This document shows, piece after piece, positions 48,073 through 60,134 of a stretch of 64,000 nt of DNA. The stretch is taken from positions 14,198,001-14,262,000 of the forward strand of contig CM102290.1 in assembly GCA_046563655.1 (NCBI GenBank), written 5' to 3'. Each line of letters opens with the position of its first letter. The first letter of the stretch is position 1. The notes beneath the pieces are model-generated. The model saw nothing but the letters and a program-made list of their open reading frames with translations, did not search any database and was not told where the DNA came from. The translations under genes and the position numbers were made by a program. This DNA comes from Yuukianura sp. NJ FZ-2021 (Eukaryota).

Positions 48073-50201
48073 AAACTTCGCATCGAGTGCGCATGTTTTG
48101 TGACGTGACTGTGTTGAGCCTGGACTTACGTTAGTTTGATTCCATTTTGGTTGAGTCTTGACATTTGGTGGGGTTTATGATAATCAATAGAGTGAGTGAT
48201 GGACTCATAAATTATTTAAAGGACTCTCTCCTTACTCCCTTTGTCTTTTCACCCTCTCAGACCCAATTTTTCAAATTTCCCGCTCCTCTGTACAACGACA
48301 TAACAGACCTGCATTAGCAACGTAACACAGTCATATCTCTCTTCCACCCAATGCGCACAGGAATCGTTTACTCAAACCATTAAAGCTTCACGAACAAAGA
48401 AAAATAACCTTTGACCTCATCCCTCAAAAACTCCTGACATTTGACCATTTTGACTCTCTAATCCTGACCTTTGACCCTGCAAACGTGACCTTTGACCTTG
48501 CAAACGTGACCTTTGCCCCAAATCTGACGTCTGACCTTCTAAACCTGACTTTTGACCTTTGACCTTTCAAATCCGTTGAGAACTGATCACAACGCCTCTT
48601 TTGAAATTCAAAACAAGTTAAAAGGAATAAAATCGAAATAGTGACTATGGGGGGATAATCGCCTCAAAAGTTTTCTACTAAAACTTTTTTTTTTTTTATA
48701 AAAAACGGCAAATGGTTTTTGTAGATGAAAATTCAAAAAAAATGGAAAAGAAAATGATTGTTCATTATTTGTGTGTGTGTGTGTGCGGTAATGGTCTGAA
48801 ACTTTTTTAAGAAATAGTTGTCTAAGGGAGTGTTTGAATTTGGCGGAGGTTAATAAATAAGAGAAAGTGGAGAGAGAGAGAGAGAAAGGAGAAGATAAAA
48901 GGTTGACTAATAGAAAAGTTCATCCCAAATCCCAAATCGATTTTGAATCTATGGCGGCAAAAGAGTTTGAAAAGGAAAACAGAAAGAAAAGTGTTCGTTC
49001 GATGGAGGGAGTAACTAATAATGGATGGACTCAAGGAGAGGAAGGAGGCGGAGAACGTAGAAAGCCTTAATGTACTTTCACTTTCACCCAAACAACAAAT
49101 GTTAAGAAATCCAGTTCAAAATGAACTGCCATTTTCCACTTTCAAAAAAAAAGTTTTCGAAATTTCAAAGTTTTTCAACTTCAAGAGAGTGTCGGTAGTA
49201 GCAAAGTAGCGACAGTCTGGAATGTGCATTTGTCGAAAATCCGCAGACACCGATTTTTTTTTAAAGTCTAAGGAAATTCCACATCCTTGAACTTCACTTT
49301 TTGAAAGTTCACATAAAATTTTGTTGTTCTGTTCTTTTTAAAGTTTGTGAAATTTTGAATTGGGTCAAGTTCACTGTCAGTAGAAAGAAAGTTTGAATTC
49401 TTGCATCCAAAAAAGTTTGGCACGCTTTTTGTCTGTTTGATTGAAAAAGATTGTGTTTGTTTTTTTTTAAGTTGTTCCCGCCTTTTCTAATTTAAGTTCG
49501 CGGTTCTTTTTTTAAAAAGTGACTACATTTTTTTGAAATTGAAAAAGTAGGACCCAGTTTTCCGTAGGACAGGATTACGTCGTAACGTAATTTAAGACTC
49601 GCATTATGATTATAAGGATGAGACGAAGATTAAAAATTAATTTTTTTTTCGGGAAAATTAGAAAAGGCGGGAGCCGGGTTTAAAAAGAAATTCAAAATTA
49701 AATCCTTCTCGCGCCGTAATACTCCCAGCCTACACTCTACTCATTCTTATTTCACTTTTCTAAGATTAGGTGAATAACATTACTTGACCTAACGTAGTTT
49801 AATGAAAAAACTAAAGAAATGGATTCTGGAGTCTGATTGATTATTGAGGCTCTAAGGGTCCATGGGCCCTTTGCTCTTGTGAACTTCAAGGCCATTTTGG
49901 AAGTAATTGAAAAAAAATTCAAAGTAAACATTCCTGCTTTGAGTCAAGTTGGGGCAAGATGAGACGAAAACTAAGAAAATATTGAAACAGTGAAAAAATG
50001 TCAAACTTACCAAAAACAAATAAAGGAAGATGGTGAATTTGAGACTGCGTGGAGAAGTGGAACAGAGCTGCCATGTAGGAGTAACACAAATTGCGGGAAC
50101 TGAAATTTTGAAATTTTGAGAATGACGGAGGAGAGGCCTATTTGAACAACTAGAGCACAAAAATAGAGAAGCGAATGGATGCGTGAGGTGGAGCAATTCG
50201 T

Positions 50202-53200
50202 TCACTCTGGCTTGAGTCGATGCCACTGAACTACGGTTTGCCTTGGTTTTGTGATCATATCTTGCCAGTGCTTTGTTTCCGATGCTCCGGTACCATTCTT
50301 ACCTACAAAATTTAACAAAAAACAAACATTATTTTACGAAATTTTAACTGTAACTGAAATTTTAACTGAAAAAAGGACTTTGAGCCGGAATACTGAATTC
50401 GGTTTAAAAAAAAACTCCCCTGCCTGACTAGGACTGATAGCTGAATGGTGTAGAGAGCATCTTGTGAATGAATAGGTATTGGTTCGAATCCCACTCAGTT
50501 ACTTTATTTTTTTGGCTTGTTCCCTCCCTGCTCCTCACAAACTGACTTTGTTTGAAGTGACCTTTGACCTTGAGCCACGTGACCTTTGACCTCGAGACTT
50601 ACCAGCTAGTAGAATTCTGCCAATGAGCTCATTTCTGCCGATGTTGTCAAAGTCCATGACGAGGACGTCCAGAGAGCACTCTCGTATCTTCTCCCATGGC
50701 ACATTGAAAGTAAACGTTTCATTAAAGACAGGATTTAAAGTGCACTTATAAACCGGTGTCTTCCGCTTCTCAATCCGCTTGTCTCCAAACTGCAGCCATA
50801 CTTTCACATACGGATCTGAAATGGCGGGAATTTCAAAATTTCAAAAACTGCTTTCTCTTTTTCCAGCCATAAAATTTATTCCTGAAAGTACCGCATGTTC
50901 CAAAGTATTCTAAGAGTTAATCAAGTCGACAAGGAGATGATTCTCCCCCAATCACAAATTCAAATTTCAAAAAGTACTGAAACTTGTGGAACACGCGGTA
51001 CAAAAGTTAGAATTGTGACTCAAACCTGATTTAAACTTAAACTTAAGTTCTTACCTGACTTTCCATTAATATCTTTGGCTTTCAAATTCCTTGCTTTGAG
51101 GAGCGTGAGCGTGAGTGTGCTGTTCGTCGGATGGTAGCAGAGAGACACGAGCAGTTCTCCGCACTTGTCCTTGGCAGGCGGCTTCAGGGCCTTCCAAAAC
51201 GTAGGTTTTTCAGAAAAATCAACCTGTTCAAACCAAAAAAGTGTTTTTTTTGAAAATTTAAAACTTTTCTAACAAGAAAAAAACGACTTTGGTACAAGGA
51301 ACTCCACTTTCAACTTCAGAAGACACTCAAAAAAAAATAAAAAAAAAGTTTAAACTTTTCCAGCCTAACTTCAAACGCTCGCAGCGTTTCATTATATTTA
51401 ACCATGTATAACGCCCGCGTTTTATGCAAAATTCAAAATTTCGAACTTTGGCAACGCCGAAGGTTAGATAGAATTTTTTTTTGAAGATTATGTTAGGATA
51501 AGTCATTGTTTTTTTGAAATCTTCAATTTTTTTTAGAATTCAATTGATCTCGTTGAAAAATTTTTATTCCAGTGTGAAATTGCAGTGACCTGGATCAAGG
51601 TTTGTTGACTTTAATTTTCTTTAACAGGTTGGGTAATACCTCATATGCTTTTGATTTTGCAAAAAGAAAAGTAACCTTTCATTTCAGCGCCTTGTACAGT
51701 CATATCAATACAGCCGAATTTTTTAAATTTTGCACAAGAATTGCCACCATTTTTTGGATTGGTCCTAAAATTGGTACCAATTTTTGTTTTTTTTTCTTTT
51801 GTTTTTTTTTTGTCAACAAGCGAGGAAGTCAAATTTTGTTTTTTTTCTTTAACACAACCTGTTAAAGAAAATTCGCTTTTCGTTGTCAAGGAGCCTTGAC
51901 CTGGATATAGATTTGCAATAACATGGAATCTGAGGGTTTTCGTATTCCGATCTTACCTTAAACCCAGTAAAACTAACACTCTTTCACTTTCGGTTCATTA
52001 CACTCCCCATTTCGAAGAGGATTCAAATCTTGGCGCTTCACTTTCCAAAATGGACTTTTTTCATTCCAAGGTCACCGGATCAAGAGAGCGCGAAAATGGA
52101 ATGGCTCTTCTCATAGTTTTAAATCGACGCGCCTTTTTGAACTTCCAAGTCTTTTTTTCAAAATTTGGTGCTTTATTTTCAACTAACCGCCATTTCATTT
52201 CTGCTTCAGTGAGTTTCGTTTTCTGAAGTTTTCACTTAAACGAACTGAACTTGGTTGAAAAAAAATCTTGGATTTAGAAACATGAAGTTCCATGTCGGAA
52301 GCTATTTGCAGTTTTTAAAGCAAAATGGCGCGAGAATTTAATTTAATTTAAATTTCCTTTCCCTCCATTTTTTTTGAATTTGGAGTCATGTGACCAAGGT
52401 TTGTTGCTTTGATTATCTTTAATAGGTTGGGTAATACCTCATGTTTTTTTTTTTGATTTTGCAAAAAAGGTGCTAAATCGAGATTGGTATTAAATCGGTT
52501 CCAATTTTGTTTGTTTCTTTGTCTACAAGCGAGGTAGTACCCAACCTGTTAAAGAAAATTAATTTTTTGTTGTCAAGGAACCTTGCATGTGACTTACCTG
52601 ACAGAGCGGTAAAAAGATTTCTCCAATGGAGTCATCTCGTGAAAATCGGTCGTAGTCAAACACATGGAGATGGAGGACACGGCTCTGAAGTTTTTGAATT
52701 GGAAAACCTGAAAAATGAAATCAAATGATAAAATTTCGAACTTTTTTTTTTGAAATTTTGTGGGAAAAATTTGTGTAATAAACTTTGAGGTCTGTTTCCA
52801 GTGACTATGAAGCCAAATTTATACACTTGTGGAAAAGCGACTCAACTTTTGGAGACAAAGCCACCAAAAGTTAAAACTTTTTTAAAAAATGGTATTTAAA
52901 AAAAAAGTTTTTAAACAAGAAATATGGAGTTCCACAAGGAAGATTAAGTTGAGAAAAAGATTCAGCGAAGGAAGAAAAGTAGAAAAGTAAATCAAAAGAA
53001 TAATTTCTACTCTACAACTTTTTGTGTGGTTCATTTTGAAAGACAAAAAAATCTAAAACAAAATTAGCTAAAAGCAAAAGTCTCGAAACGGCGAAAAAGG
53101 CAAAAAGTAAACAAACAAAACAAAGATTTACATCTGCACCGGAATTGTGTTTTCGTACCTTTTGGTGTAGGCAATTTCCTTTCGGTAATGTAGAAAAGGA

Positions 53201-56200
53201 ATAATTTTTAACCATGGTGTACATTTTTTACATTTTTTTTCCACTTCGGGCCATTTTTTTAAAAGTATTTAAAAGCCTTTACACGTTTTCCTTTTTTCAC
53301 AATCTTTTTTTCACTCTTTTTTTTAAATTTCCGTTTTTTTTTCAAGTTTTGTTTCTCTTGTGTGCTTTCCAACTTTGAGAAAGTCACTTTTTCTTAGCAA
53401 AAAATAAGTTTTACATTTCAAAAAAATTGGAACAAAAAGTTCTGCATTTTCAATTTGTTTCCGATTCCCTTATTTCAAAAAGTTTCAAAATTTTATTTTT
53501 CATGTTGAGCTATACATTATGCTCCATCCGTTTCGTTCAAAACAAATTGCTGTTGAATCCAGTTTTTAGAATTTTTGAATGTTGTTTGCATTTTTTTTTT
53601 GAAAATTCCAACAACATGAAAAATCGAGCCAGACCAATAAATTGTTGTCTAGAAAAACTTTTTTTTTCTCGATTTTTTTTTTTCGAAATTTCCGCTTCTA
53701 TGCTCATCGCCCATTTCCATTTTTTTGGTGTTCACGCGCTTTAAATCTAATGGAAATTTTATTTTTTTTAGTTCAGCATAAAAAGAACGAAAAATGGGTT
53801 GAATGGGTTTCCAAGCGTGTGTTTTCTGCACTGAATGAGAAAAAGTGTTAAAAATTTACATGGGTAATGATTCCCGCTTTTCTTCTTTTCAAAAAAAAAC
53901 TCTTACAAAAACGATTTTAAATATAAAAAAAAAGTTTCCCATCCTCTTTTTGCATGCTGTTCTAAAGAATCTTAGAATTTTGAAACTTTGGCGCTCGTGT
54001 CATTAGCAAAATAAAAATTTTCAACAATTTTGGAACCAAAAATAAGCCTTCTCTTAGGATTTTCTTTGTCACATACAAAAGAAAACAAATCCTAACTTAA
54101 ATTTTTTCTAAAACTTAAAAATTTTGAATTTTGAAACTTTTTAACAGCTTGAGGTCAGTGAAACGGAATTGCAAAAAATGGTAAGCGTTTTGTTTTAAAA
54201 CAGGAAAAAGAGAGAAAAAAGTGAAAGTTTTTTCTCCTTTTAAGAACAAATGGATATTCTATGTCTTCGCGAAAGTGAAGCAAAAAACCAGGAAAGAGAA
54301 AGCAGAGGCGGGATTTTTTTAAAATTCAAAATTCAAAAGAGCTCAAAAAAGTAAAAGGAAGAGAGAAAGCAGGAGTGGGAAGGAAGTGTACTTAATCCAA
54401 TTTAGTTTTTATCAAGACCAGAACTTCCTTAGGTACAAAGCAGGTAGTTCTTTCATCAAAACCCAAATGAAAAAAAATGAAATTTTTTTGAAAACTTTTT
54501 AAATTTTGAGAAGCATAATCCATGTAGTACTATGGTTGAACATACAATTTTAAATTAACAAGAAACCACGAGCAAAAGGCACCATCTTACACCATTATTT
54601 CAAGAGGAATGCGTACAAAACGTGCTTTTTTTGAAAAACGGAAAAAAGGCTGCGGAACGTAAAAAAGTCTAATTTGAGTGCATTCTAACAAATTCAATCT
54701 TGTCTCGTATTGAATCTTTTTGACTTTCCCGCTCTCGTTACTTTCCTTCTATCGAGGAAATCCTTTCGGATTGGATCAACTTTTCAAATCTCCCGCTGCT
54801 TCAATTCTTTAAGACTTTTTTTTATCTTGGCGGGAGAAAGCAAGATCGTGCAATTCAAAAAAAATCGGTGCATGGGAGTTTATATAAGCCTTTCCAATTC
54901 CAATAAACCACACAGCGGTTTTACCATGGTTTTCGGAACAAGATTTTTTTTCACAAAAAACGGACTCGAAGAAAAAAAAAACAAAAAAAAACGAGAAACG
55001 GCACTACACACCTGTAGCAATGAAAAAAAAAATTTGAAATGAAAGTAAAAAAAAAAACGCTGGTAGAAACTTCAAAAATTAGCACAAAACTGTTTACAAA
55101 TTTGGACTCCAAAACTATACACAAATCGTGCCCGGAACGTTATGCACAAAATAGGCATTAAAATCTATGCGTAAGACACAAAAATAACATGAAAAATTAA
55201 AAACTTGGACACAATTTTTGTCAAAATTTCAAGATCAAAAACAGCAGTGAACCAAAGTTATTTGTCAGGTTAGAGTTGTGCACTAAAATAATTTGTCAAG
55301 TTAGAGTTGTGCACCAACATACATAAGATCTCAAATTTAATCGTGCACAAAATGTGACCAAATTGTGTCATTTGTGCACATGCCAGTCACACTTTACCTT
55401 CACATCAGTCACACTTTGGTGCACACCAGTCACGGTGGTTGCGTATCAATCTGTTTACTAAATTGCTCAGACACTCAACCGTGAAAGTTTTTACGTTAGT
55501 ATAGAACACAAGCAAGGTTATTGCACAAAACAGCAGAAAAGTTCAAATTTCTTAATTTCAGTTTTTCACGATTAAAAAAAAAACAAGAAAATTTTCACAT
55601 TTTCTGCAAACATGAAATTGAAAAACTGCAGTTTGAAAGTAAAGAGAAACTAAAATGTATGTGATGTGCATAAAACGAAAACGGGAAAGGCATAAGCAAA
55701 AAAAGAAGTGCCAAAAATTGCAGAGTGGCGGTATTTTTTTTTGAAAAAGTGCAGATGAAGCAAACTGGTGGAATTGTAGTTATTAGCCGTTGAGAAACTT
55801 TGTTCAAAGTGGAAGAGAAGACGCAGCAGGGAGGAAGGGGAAAATGACATAATAAAAGAGAGAAGAAAAGTGCGGGAAAAGCAGAATCGTGAGAGATGAA
55901 AGTGCAGAAAAGAGAAAGTGTCCAGAAGTGCCTTGGCCTAAATAAGTTAGGTTAGCCTAAAATGGAGTTTGGGGAAAAAGTAGATTTTACCTTCAAAGTA
56001 CAAGGTTTCATTCCAGCGAGGATTGAGCGTCCGTCGCTTGATCTTCGTCTCGAGGCGATGTTTTTTGTCAGGGAGGAGAGTGACGCGGACATAGGGATCA
56101 GAAGTCCCGGAAATGTCTTTTGCAGGTAAATCCTTTCCCTGAAAAAAAAACGAGGATGGAGTTAATAACTTCGAAATTTCATTTTTTCAAAATTTAGTTT

Positions 56201-58497
56201 TCCAAATTACATCTTCTACTTCTTCCGTTTTTAGAAAGATTTCCACCGTAGCAACAAACACTTACGCTCAATCACTGAACGAAGACAAAAAGTAGAGCAA
56301 ATCCTGGTTGTTTTTAATAGAAATTTCAAAAAATTCCTAAAACTTGGACAACAAAATTTTTAAAAATTTGAGTCAAAGTTGTATTAAATATTACAAACAA
56401 AATGATTTTTTTTTAAAAGAGAAACTTTCACCAGATTTCAGTTTGTGTTTACTGCTTTCTGAGCGATTCATGAGGTTTGAGGTTAAGTAAAATTTTAAAA
56501 TTTTTCCAAAAAAATGTTAGAATTTTAAAAATTTTGAAAGTGTTACCTGGATGATACGGAGAATGAGCGTTGTACTGTCAAAGTCGTACTCGAGGCTGAA
56601 GTTGATTTGTCCCACAGAGTCTGTAGACTCTGTGTTGTCAATGTACATGTCCACCAGGGATATTGATCTGTTTTGCCAAAATGCCATCTGAAACAAGGAG
56701 TGGACCGAAAACATTATGAAGCCCAATTACAAACTGAAACAAACTAACTACACTTCCGGAAATGTTTTTTGAAAAGACAATTTTGAAAAGACAAGTTTTG
56801 CCGCTTCGTCCAATTTCATCATTCAGAGCATGATCTTCAATTAAAGGATTCTTCCGCTCCGCCCGGTTCAGAGAGAAGCTCAAAGATCATTGTCATGACA
56901 ACAGCACAGCACCAGACACACAAATGTAATCCACCCAACGACGCTGTCTCTTTGTGGGGGCGGGGAGTGATGTAATCCCTTACGGATGGAGGGGAGGGGG
57001 GTGAAGATTCTACTTCTTGGGCGGGGGAGAAGTAGAGGCATGGATGCTTTCAAGGTTGCTTGACAACGAAAAGCGATTTTTTTTAACAGGTTGGGTGCTA
57101 CCTTGCTTGTTGACAAAAAAAAAAGAAAAAAAAACAAATGAAAAATTGGTACTGGAATTGGAAGCTGGAAATGAAATGATACTTTTTTTTTGCAAAATCA
57201 AAGAAACATGAGGTATTACCCAACCTGTTAAAGAAAATCAAAGTCCAAAAATCTTGAGGTGCTACATTCGTTGAGGGGGAATATGTAACGCTCTACTGCT
57301 AGGGGGAGGGTGGTAGGGGATGCTCTTGGGCCTGAGCTTGCGGTGAGCTTGAAAAACAACAAAGCTGACTGTGTTCCCAGGATTTAGAAAAACCGCAGAA
57401 TGAAGTTTGAGGATCGTCTTGGGCTTGACCAGAGAAAAGAGCGGGAAGGCGGTGGAGGGACTTTTGAAATTATTCATCAAAGTGCACGAAAGCTGGGTGA
57501 ATGGAGTCCCTCGACATTCCCTCAAAAGTGAATCTAATTTGATTAATTTCCGCTAAATCTTAGTTAAGGAAGAGCCCACGAGACGGTTCAAATTGGAACG
57601 GGGAGTAGGGAGCGGAAGGAATAAATTGAGAGAATACGTTCTAATTCAACCATCAAACAAAGTGGAAGTTTCACAATGATTGGCAGGGTTCCGCACCCCT
57701 CTGCCACCCACAGAGTGGCTTAAATTTAGTCACAATTATTCAAAAGGCAGTCAAATTTTGCCAAAATTGCAACAATGCAAAATATAAAACATCCTAACTT
57801 CCTTTTGTGTAAATTTTTCACATTTTCAAAATTTCACGAACCGTGTTTCAAAAATTTCAGTTCTGGAACTCGATTTAGCTCACAATTTTGTTTAGAAAGT
57901 GCAGTGAGCGAAAAGTGAAAAGTTACACATTTTGGTTTGACTCTTTTGTTCAAATCTATAAACTGTGCAACTATTTTGCCCACCACTGCACATTTTCCGT
58001 TCAAATTTAGCATAAACTTTTGCTCAAATTTCAAAACTTTTTTTTAACTTTTGTTTCAAATTTTGGAAGGTCTGTCGCCATTTCTGCTTCCGCGTATTAC
58101 GTCATCAAATTGAACCCCCCCCAACTAGCAGTACTAAAATTCAAATTTTCCACCCCTCCCCCCATCTCGTGATGACGTAACATGTGAAGCTGTCGGGTAA
58201 TGTTTTCGCATCACAAAAGCTTTCTCTCTGCCTTTTGGCTGTAGCCCCCTCATTCCCTAACAACTTTACATCAAATTCATGTAAAATGTAAAACGTCTAA
58301 TGTAAATTTCAGTTCTGTTCAAATACAAAGTTGTCTCTGATTGGCCAGAATGAAAAGTGAAAGTTCGTACCGCTGGATGTTGATCTTGCTTGACATTTTG
58401 CAGGGACTTGTTTTGAACTGGTGGCGTTTTACAGTCTGGTGTGGCTGCAGCCGAACTTCCGGGGGAACCCACTTGGGTTTTACTCGAACCTGCAGTC
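50202..58497 (-). CDS. Syt7: Synaptotagmin-7, 3' portion (linker, C2A, C2B); exons approx. 58497-58372, 56687-56547, 56138-55992, 52707-52598, 51223-51055, 50815-50602, 50302-50202; the TM exon was not identified and probably lies beyond the window
   Basis: C2[12 protein letters not shown]...[53 protein letters not shown]2[27 protein letters not shown]...[13 protein letters not shown]. The C-terminus ends QWHRLKPE*. Confidence 0.92.
50431..50502 (+). pseudogene. Degenerate tRNA-like element (tRNA pseudogene or SINE head), antisense within the last Syt7 intron
   Basis: A-box TAGCTGAATGG and B-box GGTTCGAATCC; acceptor-like stem GACTGA/TCAGTT; loop TTGTGAA; downstream T-run. Anticodon and T stems pair poorly. 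Confidence 0.5.
51596..51898. mobile_element. hAT-like MITE, subfamily A, in a Syt7 intron
   Basis: Ends CAAGG...CCTTG with subterminal inverted TTAACAGGTT/AACCTGTTAA; perfect 8-bp TSD ACCTGGAT on both sides. Confidence 0.88.
52395..52585. mobile_element. hAT-like MITE, subfamily A (internally deleted), beside a Syt7 splice donor
   Basis: CAAGGTT...AACCTTG ends; perfect 8-bp TSD CATGTGAC. Confidence 0.88.
57051..57256. mobile_element. hAT-like MITE, subfamily A, older copy
   Basis: CAAGGTTGCTTGACAACGAAA...AACCTGTTAAAGAAAATCAAAGTC; no clear TSD. Confidence 0.75.
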
Positions 58498-60097
58498 CTG
58501 AAATCACACCCACCAAAATCTTAAATTTTGAAACTTTGAAAATGAAATTTTGAAAAAAAGTAAAAAAAAGAGAGGTGTAGTACTAGAAAGTGTTTTTTAG
58601 AAAACACTGTTCGAGGCATGCATCACTTCTAGGTCACACTAAAAAGCTGCAACGACGGACGACATGAAAACAACACTAATTAACACGACAATAACGCACA
58701 CGGGGCCACTCTGACCAAAAAAAAAAAACAGGACAGTAGACATGAAAACACAAAACACACGAAAGTTTTTTTTTTTTTGGATTCCAGAAAAACCGGGAAA
58801 TTTTGAATTCTAAAAAGGTTTGTGTTTTCCTTTGATGTGGTAGTGCCTTTTACGACTATGTTAGACTCAACTTCTGACTGTTCCGAGTAATTGTCACACC
58901 CTCCACCCAGTTCGTGTTAGGCACAAGTTGACCTTTGACCTCCATTTTCTTTTTAGTACGCGAGAATTGTCAACGTTATTTGAAATTTGAATAATGTACT
59001 GGCGCCGTACAATTCAAAATCTGTCGCTCCTTGCCCCAATCTGCTCAAATCATGGCGACATGAGAACCACTTCTGTCACAGCCAGAAACCCTTGATGTCG
59101 CCGGGCGACATTGAGTTCTTAGTTAGGTTATGCTTTATGTTAAGGATGTTAAGTTAAGGATTAGGTTAATCTCAGGATTAGGTTAGCCTAACAGTGGTAA
59201 TTAAAGTAAAGTGGCCTTGGAGTGACAGAAGTTAGTCCTGGGGCGTGGTCGAGGTCACTTCCATTTGAGCAGGAAGTCATAACTACTACCGGTATGAGAA
59301 ATCCCCACTTAAGGGTACGGGGTGACCTTGGACGGAAGTTGGCGCTAAAAGTTGAAAAAATGAGAAATATTGGAGGAAGAGTGAAGAGGGTGACACTGCC
59401 TTAACACTTAAGGTCGCATGAGTTATGATTGGTTGGTCGTTTCCTATTTGGTCCTAGAATCCATTTAAGTTGGGCATAAACATTATATTACACTTCTCCA
59501 CTCCACTGACTACCACAGAGGAAGTCAGGGTTCGACCGGATCACCGAAACCCGGAACGAAACGAACTCAGACCGCAACCGGTTCCGGTATCAGAAAAATG
59601 CTTTTTTTTAATAGAAAAAAGTCAATTTGAAAAACACTATGGATTGTGTATCGATTAAAGCAGCTGTGACAAGATTTTGGCTGGAATTTAGTTATGGTTT
59701 CGAAAAGAAGCGACTTTACTAGTCTGATCAAGCAAGAATCAAACTACAAAAAATTCTCAAAAAAAGTTGGAGTTTCCATATTGAAAAAAAAACTAATTTT
59801 TTTAAATAAAAAATGAATTATTATATTATATGTAATTATATGTATTATTATTATTTTGAAAATCCAAAAAATGAACCGGTGAGTTGGTCAACTCCGAAAG
59901 CCAACATGCCAACATTACAAAAAAAGATCGGAAAATTTGAAATTCTGAAATTTCAGCGGTTTATTGAATCGATACGGAGTTCGTTTCATTCCGTCCAGTT
60001 TCAACCTATGTTTTTCTGTATTGCAGATAGGAAAAGGATGATCTCTGGCCTACGGAAGGAAGAGAGTGGGTGGAAAACAGTATTTTCGGAAAAGAAG

Positions 60098-60134
60098 AAG
60101 ATTGTCCAGAACTTTTCCATTGTCTTGGAAGACT
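60098..60134. repeat. (GAT)n-(CAT)n inverted microsatellite
   Basis: A GAT run directly abuts its reverse complement, centred on GATC. Confidence 0.85.

Noticed and set aside
38400..50100. Numerous 60-150 aa ORFs in the long intergenic region
   Set aside because: F/K/L-biased products of A/T homopolymer runs; I found no coherent exon structure or motifs.
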